This document shows, piece by piece, positions 15,501 through 27,500 of a stretch of 64,000 nucleotides of DNA. Origin of the DNA: Antedon mediterranea (taxonomy: Eukaryota > Animalia > Echinodermata). Each line of letters begins with the position of its first letter. Within the stretch, counting starts at the first letter, position 1. The stretch spans positions 28,340,437-28,404,436 of the forward strand of contig NC_092672.1 in assembly GCF_964355755.1 (NCBI RefSeq). The letters are read 5' to 3'. Made by a program: the position numbers and the translations under genes. The notes under the pieces were generated by a model. The model did no database searches and was not told the DNA's origin. It saw only the letters and a program-made list of their open reading frames with translations.

Positions 15501-18500
15501 AAATAAAATGTGTCTATAGGTTTGTCTTTACATATTGTCTTGATGTTTTTTCCCTGTGATATTTGTTCACTGTTTGTAACACTGACAATTTTTTATTTAA
15601 TTTTTTTTTTCACTGAAGCTGGCACTATCATAACCAACTACTGTACTTGTTCTATTGAGATTTGTGTTTTCATCAGTATTGTAACATTATTTGTTCCCTA
15701 TTTCTATCCTAAAATCAAAGTTGCCATTGAGACTGGCACTATTTAAACCAACCTTCTTCTACTAGTTTTTTTTTTACACTGGTGCTGTTCTATTCTATTG
15801 AGATTTGTGTTTTCATCAGTATTGTGACATTACTTAAATTTGCTGTTTCTATCCTAAAATCAACATTTTGTATAGCTTTATTTGTTGCCAATGGAACTGT
15901 AACTATTTAAACCAACTTTCTAGTTCCTGCTTAATTGAGATTTTTATGGACAGTTTTCTAGAAATAATGACGTTACTGTTTTAAAGTTCAAGTCATTTAG
16001 GAAAAATTAAAATCTAGTTCAGGTCTTTTTTCTACAGTAACTTCCTTAATAAAGAAAGTCGTAAAATTTGAAATAAAAAAGTTACTAATTCTCAATTGAC
16101 TCAATTTTTATTTAAAATTATTTTTACTGGAAACTTGTCTTCATTACATTTAATAAACCAATTAATTTGAATGCATAAACTTGTGCTAAATGCGTGATCA
16201 CGCATTTGTGCAAAAAGTGTTTTTTCATTAAAGATTGCAAAAACATTTTCCCCTGGTTTCGATTAGGATATATATTGGTGTGCAATCAATATTCAAAATT
16301 GCTTTGAAATGTATGTGAGATGGTTGGTAAATATGAATATTTTGGAGATTCAGATGATTTATGTTATAACTTACTGTTCTTTAGAAAGATACAGTAGCTG
16401 GTTATAAACTTTTTTTGAGAAAGTTGTAAGTGGTTGATTAATTATACATGATTTAGGTCAACTAAATAGGTGACTATGTTAATTATGGTTAATTAAATCT
16501 GTCAAAAAAAATAGCTTTAGAAAATTTAGTTAGCTGTTTAAAAAATATTTGGAAACAACTCAGTCATTTCACTAAAATGAAACTCATTTCAAACAAAAGT
16601 TTTTAAAATTGGTTTAGCTGTCAAGGACACCAGAATGATGATGCAAATACTTGAACTGTATTATTTCCCATAAATAATATAAAAGAAGAAAAAAAAAAAC
16701 AAAAGAAGAATTCAAATCTGTTTTGTTTTTAGCTGAATATGGGGTGGGGCTACTTCATATCTAAACAGATGTATTTTTGATAAATTCCTGGAGAAAAATA
16801 ACATAAATACAGAATCACACAAAAAACAGAAGTGGATGTGATTGCTACTTACCTGGATAAACAAACATTGGCCAATTTCTCTCAAAGAGCAATGGTATTG
16901 ATCATCCCTATCAGACAATGGTATATTCCATGAACCTGTCTCAGGCAATGCTATACAAGATACTCCATAAACCCTGTCCTCTTATTTAGAATTGTATTCA
17001 CATTTCACTGCAGTACACAATCTGACTGTAAATACTTGACAAATGTACTCTAACATTTAAAATTACAATTTGTTTAGATATCGCAGGTTTTCCTGCCGGC
17101 AGCCTGGTAGGCGACGAAAGAGCAACTTTAACAAACAATCGCATCTAAAAATAGACAATGTTGATGATGGATCTGATTATAAATCCTCTCAAGAAGATAT
17201 CACCGATTGTCTCAACAATGAATACGAGGTGAGCATTTATTTATTGCAACAATGCAGTTTTATTTATTCAATAATTCAGGTTTACGTTATTTTGATTTTG
17301 TAATTCATAAAAAAATACATTTATAGACATAAATTCAGCTGATTTTCTAAACTTTAATAGCAGTTAATAGCAAGACTTAATATTCTACATATTATAGTAA
17401 ACTTTAATTTGATTGAAGATTCTGAAAAAGAAAGGGGTTTATATTTTAGGTGAAAGTAATACCAAATACTAACTTAAGCAATTTCATTTTATTGAATACA
17501 TTGATAGTAATCTATTTATGGAATGTGCACTAAATATGTTTAGACATTTAAACTACTTTCTGATAATCAGTATTCTATTCAAAAAACAGATATATATCAA
17601 CTAATTTGTTGTGATTTCTAATTTGAATAAATTAATTAATGCTCTTGAACCTCAATTCTAGGAGGAAATTGTTGAATACTCCAAGGACGAGTTTAACGAT
17701 GCAGAAGAAGAAGATGAGGGATGGCAAAGCGTTGACTCATCAGATCTCGATCACGATGAACGCACTAGCAAACGATCGTTCCATCATGTTTTGACAATCA
17801 CACCAGATTCCACAGAATCTGGCGTATCCAGCGGTCACCCAAGCCCCAGTCGTTTATCATCAGCTACTTCGGATGTCCCAAGAGTTAACAGTTGTGTTTC
17901 GTTTGGGTCTTCGGATGGTTTCGAGGATGGATCAGTTCGATCGTCGATTTCACAATTTTCATTGTCGGATGAGTTGGAAGGAATAAACACTAATCAATCT
18001 TTCGAAGATGATGAATTTACCGATAATGAAATTTACGATATTATGAAACGTGAGAGTACGCTGTCAGACAGTGTACCAGAGTTGGACATGGAAGCTTTAA
18101 AAAATGACACCATGATACAAATTAATAAAATGCGTAAAAAACTTGCTGAGATGAAACGCAATGTAGCTAAAAAAAATCGCAGAAGTGTTTCATTAGTGTC
18201 AAATGAAGGGTTTGATTTATCTGAGAATGTTCAAAGCAGTAAAGAGCGGAATAAAGACGTTAACAAATTAAATGGACGGAAGGCGGTTAGTCGGAAGCTA
18301 AATGTTGCTTCTCTTTCCAACAGAAACAATCAAGGAATTACCAGTGCACAAAATAACAGACATGGGGATTTACAAGGTAGTATGAATAATTTGAACTTAC
18401 AAAATTTATTAACAAAGTCCATATTAGAACCTCATAATTTTGACAATCAACTTAGATTAGGAACGACTAAACATAATAATAAAATTGATTACTCAAAGGC

Positions 18501-21500
18501 GATGAAAGTGCCTCGTCAAAGTACAATATCCGACTCCTCGGGCAATTACGATCATATCAGAATAGGAAAGGATTTTAGTTTTGATTCAGCTTACAATGAC
18601 AATGGTGTTTCTGATAATTATGATCGTATCCGTATAAAACCCGATGATACATGCAATGTTTCGAAAAGATCGAGAAGATTTCGAAACAGTAAGACTAGAA
18701 CTTCCAGAGGCATCTCGATGGATTACGAAGATCTTGATGCATGGACTAAATTAAGTCTAGAGGAACAAGCTCACTTCCTGAAGCGCCAGAGTAACATGTC
18801 GGTTGAGTCATCTCATGATTACGAAGACGTGTACCATCATGGAAACCAAGTTCCTGTAGAAGACAAGACATTTTATCCACATCACACTGCTGGAAATTTT
18901 ACAAAGTTCATTGACCTGAAAGAGTATGGTGATGTTGGGGGGTCAGAAGATAGCGGAGTGATGCTATATTCAGCTAAAAATGCTGACATTGGTGTAGAAG
19001 AATGCGATTATGAATATATATCAGGTGATGAAAGTCAACTTGAAGCACCAACATTGCCACCAAGACGTCTTCTTAAAAGGGATGTCGCACCGGCTCTACC
19101 ACCACCGTTGGTTACACCGAGAAAGAATTTAAAACGTGTTAGATCTAGGAGAAGTGTTAGAAGAAGGCCTTCTAGAAGAGTTTATGGAAGAAAAAAAGTA
19201 ACTGGAACAGATGAGGCAGGACCACATGTATTCCGTAAGCGTAGCCAACACGTGACAACAGTTGACAGATCACTGGCTGCTCAGAAATGTCAACACATTA
19301 GGAAATCTGATGATATAATAAATAATAGATGTTGTGGAAAGTGTTGCAATAATAAAATTCCAGAAGAAGTCTCTGACAGTGATTCCGAATCAAAGTATAT
19401 TTCCATTATTTACCCGGATAATGAGGAATCTGAAGACGATGAGACGCCTCTTCCTGTGATCCCCGTTATCAATCAGCCATCGCGATCCGTCATAATGAGA
19501 CGACCGAGGTCGGGAAGTGTTATCAAACCTCGTCCAACATTAGCAGCGTTGGAAAATTCTGGTAATTTTCTACGAGAACGATCCTTCTCAGAGGGGACAA
19601 TGAGGAGAGGAATTCGTAGAAAGCATAGTGATGATGCATCCTTGAGGAGTGCAGATAAAGAAAGTAGTCATGTGCAACCGGTAGATGCCAGACTAAGGAG
19701 GAAGAAGTTTGCATATGCTAAGTGTACACGTCAGCGAGGTTAGACTTTTTGTTATCCTTTGCATGATCTTGCAAGTGGTGTTTGGTTTGATTTACTATAA
19801 TAAAGCATGGTTAAATTCTTTTAATTATATATCTTTACATGATGTCATTTCTACTTCATTAACATAATTATTAACCAATGGTAGTGCTATGATTATTAAC
19901 CAACTATGCAAGTGTACCCGCCCCATGGCGGTTTCAAATATACTGTAGTTTAAAATTCCCGGTACAATTGCGGTCATTTTGATACCCCATGCATGCAGTA
20001 GGAAAAATTTGTATAACGAACAAACATTCAAAGTTTGCCACTAACTTGGATCCAAGATGGCGGATAATGTTCAAATGTAATTTTGATATCCCGTATTTAC
20101 ATGTTTGGCAAAAAAACTATCAGTATTATATCATTCAATTTTTAATCACATATTGCCAATGTCATTCTTCATATTATTGTTTGATATATATAAAAATATA
20201 TTTTTAGTCGTAACCATGCCAGCTATTTGATTAAATTTTAAAAAGTAATTAAGTAATTACTTGTACCATGCTGTTAATGGTGCTTGTGATGTTCTAGTGT
20301 CTTTCTATTTTATTGTAAGTTTCACAATTATATTGATAGATGGGAATTTAGCCAAAGAATTAGTTAGTATGTTATTATATGGAGTGTACGGATGTGAGTT
20401 CCCCGCTTAAACACAATTGAGTCAAGTTTGTGTATCACCTAAAGATCAATTTCTGTCGATCAATGTTAGCTCTATCTACCCTATGAAACTATATAATGTT
20501 TGTTACAAACATTCTGAAATAATCTAAAGCTCATGTCTATGTGACAAAAAAAGTGTGATGTGCCGAAATATCCTCATATAGCTCAATATGGTAGTGATAT
20601 GACATCATCATGTCCATATATGGGCACATCACATTTTTTTGTCACATAGACAGAGCTTTAGATTATTTCAGAATGTTTGTAACATTATATTGTTTGCATA
20701 ATTGTAAGCATGATGGTGTAATTCATAGTTGAATGTTTAGTTATTTATGTATGCAGTGACGTAACGGCTATGACCACTCACTGTTTAAACCAGGGTTAAA
20801 CCCTGGAAACCAGAGTTTGAGGGGCCCAGAGCATGAATATCCCATCAGAGCATGAACATCCCATTGCAACTATACCCAGCATTGGAGGTGCTAAATCAGG
20901 GGCCTATGAAGATGTTATGGTGTAGGCCTACATGAGTCACTTGTACAGAACCAACAACATCTAATAGGTACTATAAATATGGCAAACATCATTACATGGC
21001 TAAACATTTAAAAGCAAACACTTCAACATAGCTTGTGTGTTTTTAAGGGTTCTTGAACACTGCTCTTCGGACCTTAACAAATATTGAATTATTATCGAAA
21101 AAAACAGTTTTAGAAATATTCTGATACAAGAATTGACTGCCTGTATATCAAAGGTTGCGTATGGGGGAAATTAGTGTTACTACATACACCACTTAACACA
21201 TTGACTGCCAAGGCATTTTCTGTAATTTCTGTCCCAGTGCCAAGTCCCGTTTACATATTAAATTACAGTTTGAAAGTGTAACATCTGGTCACAGACTATC
21301 ATGATAATAATATAATATTTTTAGATTATCGTTTACGTACATCATTCATAAACTGCCATGCGATAATTCCTGTTCCAATCACCACTGCCAGCGATTCTAC
21401 ATACAATACAAAAGTGCTACGATTTTGACGTAGTATTACGTCTTGGCAAGTAGCGACACGCAATTTTTGACGTATAAATACGCCGTGGCAGTGAACGTGT

Positions 21501-24500
21501 TAAAATGTAAAGACACTTCCTGCAATTAATGTTGACATTTTGTAAAAATAGTGCATATATACTTTAAAAACATTAAACCATATTATTGCTTGTTTTAAAT
21601 GTATGTTTTACGGTAATTATGATAAAATTATGAAATAAAAATTTTAAGAAAATTAAAAATATTTGATATTAGATAAAACAAAATGTAGAGAAAAGTGTCT
21701 TTAAGACTAGTAAATTTTGTAAAAATAAGGCATATATACTTTAAAAATATTAAACCATGTAATTTCTTGTCTTAAATGTATGTTTTATGGTAAATTATGA
21801 TACAATTATGAAATAGAAATTTAAAAAAAATAAAACAAGTATTTGATATTAGATCAAAAAAATGTATAGAAAAGTGTCTTTAATAAGACTAGTAAAGTTT
21901 GTAAAAATAATACATATATACTTTAACAAAATTAAACCATGTCATTCCTTGTCTTAAATGTATGTTTTATGGTAATTATGATCAAATTATTTGATATTTG
22001 ATCGAAAAAATGTAGAGAAAAGTGTCTTTAAGAATAGTAAATTTTGCACTGTCTTGCTGAATGTGAACTTGGTATGCATGACAGCTTGAGAAATTCTAGT
22101 TTAACAGTTGATTTGTTAATTTGAATGTCACACCCTTTGTTGTTATTGTTACGTTTGTCAAATCTCTTATTATCATTTAAGCTATTAATTGTCGAGGTAA
22201 TTGTTTCTTCACTCATGCGAGAATGATGTTATTGTTATTTAATAACCGTGTTCATTTAGTGAATTATTTTCCTAATTAGTCTTTGTTTGATTTCACTCAT
22301 AGAAGAGTCAGTGGAAAGCGCAATCTACCTTTCGGCTGAGCTAGATGATGAGGAAGCTGCAAAGTCAAGGTAAAAGTTAAAACTTTCCTAAAATAGTACA
22401 TTCTCATTGCTATACAATTTTCCTTACATGCAATCTTTAGTTGCTACTTCTCCTTCAATTTAGTATGTATGTATTTTTGTTCTAAGAAGCCTGAAGCCAG
22501 TATTTTTACAGGGGTTTATTTTTCTGCAAAAAGGGAGTGAAAAGAAGCAAGTGCCAGCTTAAGCAAATAAATACAGAATTTGGCTTATTCTAGTTTAGAT
22601 GAAAATAATTTGCCTGCTGACTAAGGTACAGGTTTGGCCATTGTCATAAGTTAAGTCTATTTTTAGCACTTCCGCTGCTGTTTTTTAAGATTAAAAAGAA
22701 TAAGACATCAGAAAAAAGGGGGTTCTTTTGAACCTTACAAAAGGCTTTGGTGAACTTTGTGGAATAACCATCTTGGAAACCTATATCCTAGCTTCCTCAG
22801 ATATACCATGAAACTTTTATTTGCTAAAATTAAAACTCTATGGTATTTTCCATATTTCTATTACAATCTTTGATTCAAATGGATATGGGTTGGCACTTTA
22901 CTCACTTACTGTATGCTTATATGTATTTGCATGTTCTGAACATGCTTCTTTTTGTTCAATCAAAATTTAAATACTCCTAAAAGTCATGATTAGTATAATT
23001 TTAAGCTATCTCATGACTATTCATTGTTTATTAACAACTTCAATGTTTTATAAACATCATCTTGAATATTCATAGGTTTAACCCTTTCTCATTTATTATT
23101 CATAGATATCTCATGTTTATTCATAAACTTAGTTTATGAGCATTGTATACAAAATGCAGGTAGTCAAAGCCACTGTTTTAGCGACTTTATAGATCATAAA
23201 CAAATCTGAGTCATGTTTAGCACTATTTTATCCTGTCAGAGTTCAATTCTATTGTTTTCTGAATTCTTTATTTATTATCATAAACAAAATTCATCAAAAC
23301 AAAAAATGCATCGCCGTGAACGCCCTAAGAGTTACATGGACGTTATGAATGAATTTCATCGATCCATTAACGACAGATCTTCGAAAATTTATAGGCGTTT
23401 GTCGATGGAATCATACGTTGATCCGGATGAACTGACAACGACTTCGAGACACCAGGCCTTACGAACGATGGAAAACCATGCTAGCTGGAAACTAGGAAGT
23501 GACGGACCGCCCCCTGTCCCACCAAGAACACCATCTTTGAAACAATTACCAATCTTATCTGTACATAATAGTAAAGTAAGGATTTTAATAGATTATATGT
23601 AAACTTTTAAATAATTAACGAGAATTAACGTTTATAACTTATTCAAATAGAACACATATCAGTATTTGGGTGTATTTTTTACTTTATTTAGACACAGACA
23701 TTTAATTTCAAAAGGATCATTACAAAATTTGAAAATCTAACTACTAAGCAAAACATAAGATAAAAGGGAACATTTCTACTAAGTGGACACTTATTTTTTA
23801 GTTAACCCTCTTTCATCATAATGAGACATATAAAACCACACTTTTGATTCCAGTAATGAAGTGATTGAACTTATAGGGCCTTTAATTGGCCTGAATTATT
23901 AATAACAGGGCCTGAAGTGTATGAGAACATTTTTTTACATGCACACGTCAGGCCAGATATTGGATTGGATCTCAAGTTTTTTATCCGTATCTGAGAAGAC
24001 ACAAAAATTCTGACCGATGCGTGACTTGAAGCTTTCGATGTGGTTTAGGGTACCCTGTCTTAATTGCTAGGCCGTTTTCCATGTCTTAATAATGCTTCTA
24101 CTCTAGTTATACAAGAGGTGCTCATAACTAATTAAAATATTATTTCTTAAAGTACATATTTATAATTTATATATTTATTTATTTTTCTGTAATAATAAAG
24201 TCATTTATTTTTGTTTCATGCAATTTATGGTTTGAATTTTAATTTTTAGACCCATAGTGCTGGAGCTGTTCTTGATTCACAAAAGCAAAGATCAAAGAAG
24301 GATTTACAGTCCAGAAGACAGTCACGGTTTGTCAGGAAAGGTGGGTTAGGTTTTCAAGTAGTAAAAAATAAGACGTATTTAAAAAGCAATATATATAGTA
24401 CTTATGAGACCCTGAAGAGTACTTAAGGGTTACTTCTGTCTGAACTACCATGTATTTATGGAACCCCTAAAATGTCAAACTAATACAATTTCCTAATACT

Positions 24501-27500
24501 TAATATTATCTTTTAGAACCATTGTTTCAAGCATACAACAAAGATGCGAAGCTACGAGACACGCTTCATTTTACCGAATATCGCAAACAGCTCTCGGTCG
24601 ACAGGGATTCACCACCACCTCTACCACCACCAAGACGACAGTCTTCTGCTGTTAGTACCTTAAAGATTGGCCCAAAATCTCATCTTCTGACCCCAGAAGG
24701 GCGCTCTATGTCATTACCAGAAATAGAGGTCGAAAACGTTAATAGAAAACCAAGTCTGAAAATGCAGCGTACATTATGGTGTGAGGTTCCGGAAGTTGCT
24801 GAGAGTGGAATATTAGATCAGATTGATGATAAATCACGTAAATTACAAGAGGTAGGTAAAATAATGTAGATTGAATGTCAACTTTCATATATTTATAATA
24901 GAGTTATTTCTCTGTGTCTACTTTTTTTAAATAAAAAGGAATATAGGCTTTTTTTATGATTAATGATAGCAAACAAAATAAGAAAAATAGTAGACTACTT
25001 TACAATAGTTCTATGTGACATTTTCAAGCAACTGAAGATTCTGAAAAATTTACACTAGTAAAACTAAAATAAGTTGGATCTGCAATAAACTTGATTTAAA
25101 AATTTGGTTAAAAATATGAATAAAATGACACACAAACAATGGAACAGTAAAATGAAAATAATTGAACCAGGATAACCAAAGAAAGTTTTAAATGATATAA
25201 CAATTATTTCCATTTGGATCAAGAAATATAACGATTTATAAACTGCAAACTCAAGATCTAACATGAGAACAATACATATAACTTATAATAATATACATTT
25301 TTTTAATTTTTTTTTTATTCTCATTTTAGGCAAATTGCCAAGGATTACCACAAGTGAATTCATTCACTATCCTTCTCAAAGGTGGCAATCCCATTCACAA
25401 GACAAACCTATACACAAGATGCTCTACATAAACAAAGTCTTATTATTAAGTCTTTGGGAGTGGAGTTGTAAATTGTCATGAGAAAAAAACCCTGACATAT
25501 GACAGGATTTGAACCCAGGACCCTTAGATTGGTAGCCAAGTATCATAACCACCAAGCCACAGCTCCACTCAACTACATAATTACATCATCGTTCAATCTA
25601 TGCTGTTATTCAAAATGTTCTCATATTGGCATCCATTGTGAACCCGTGTTGTGCATTCAACCAAAAAAATTCAGTCAGATACAGTAGAACCTCTATTTAA
25701 GGGAACACTTTCGGGACAAAAAAGTGTCCCCTTAATAGGTGTGACCTCAATGTTAAAATGTATATTTCCCCTCATTTCACAGTAAAACGTCCCCTTAATA
25801 GGGAGTGTTCCTTGAATTGGGATGTCTCAAAGGAGGTGATTCGTATACTTATAAGTTCTGTTTATTTTAGGCGATGTTTGAAGTAATTACGTCCGAAGCA
25901 TCATATCTTAGAAGCTTGGATATATTTCTAAACAACTTCTACAAAGCTGATGTGCTTTCCACGTCATATGGACTTATACGCAAAGAAGAGCGCCATCATT
26001 TATTCTCAAATTTGATTTCTGTAAGAGATGCCAGTGAAAGGTAAAGAATGTTTATTTTCGCCTTTTTTATTTTCTCCATGAATTCAATTTTAGTTTAGTT
26101 ATAACACACTTTTAGTTTGTAAGTCATTAATTGACAAAAAGAAACGTTCATCATTTTTATATTGTTTACTAAATTAACAAGCCAAATTTTAAATAAAAAA
26201 TTTGTGATTTATAATAGAGAAGATATTAGACTTTATCATTAAGAAAAAATGTTTTTATCACAATATTAAAGACCCATTCCCTACAATTTGTGACATTTTG
26301 TAAAAATAATGCATATTACTTGAGAAAGTCATGTAACCTAATCCCTCAACATCTTCAGAGCATGATATACAAATCAATAATCGCCCCACGTTTTGATTAC
26401 TGTAATGTTGTATTGGGACGATCAAATAAAACATTAAGAAAAAAAATTGCAAGTTCTCCAAAATAGAGCAGCAAAAATTATATTACGAAAATCATGTTAC
26501 GACTCTAGTTCTCAAGCCCTGCAAGATCTTAAATGGATGGATCTGGAATCAAAACTTTTTTACAATGAAACTATTACTATGTTTAAGATTTTCCATAACT
26601 TAGCACCTTCATATCTTGTAAACAGATTTACCTTAAGAGATCCCCAATATAACACAAGATCAAAGGATACATTATATGTTGAAAAACCAAAAACTGAATA
26701 CAAAAAAAAGCTTAACCTATCGCAGTGCTAAATCTACTTGTGTAGTTATATGTTTACATTTATATATATAAGTATATAATCTTCTTACATGGCTTCCCAA
26801 CATACAAGTTTCAATTGGATTTTTGTTTCCAATTGATCGATACTTTCTTGGGTTTTTTTTGCCTCTTTCATTTTGTATATAACTGAATCATCTTTTTTTT
26901 TTATACATTATGATTTACTGTATTATATCTCTAAAAAAAAAAAATATTTATTTATAAAATATCAGAAATTATAATGTTTTTTACTCAAATATGAATGAAA
27001 GAAATAAATGTTTATTTGAATTGAATTGAATGGAATAACCTAAACATAGAATCTAGAAATGCGACAAGTCTTGCTAAATTCAAAGAGCATATTTTAATTT
27101 AAATGCACAAGACTTGTAGTCAGGTTAATTTCTATGTTTTATGATGTATCTTTTTTTTTATATTATACAGTACTTGAATTTGCATCTTTTAATCTTAAAG
27201 TGTTTTTCTTTTTTATAAATTCTGTTCATTCATTATTCTTTTTTACTTTTAAATCAAATTATTATTACTTGCTTGAATGTATTGTGTATGTTAAAATTGT
27301 TTTTATGTTTTTATCATGGGAAAATTTTCTCTATGGTTTTAATACCACACTGTATATACCTTTATTGTTAATTTTAAGAATAATTTATGGCCTTGCACGG
27401 CCTTGACGAAAAACACCTTTTGGTGATCAAGTTCTCTGTGCTGAAATAAAGCATTTATTATTATTATTATTACTTTAAAAACATTAAACCAGTTCATTCC

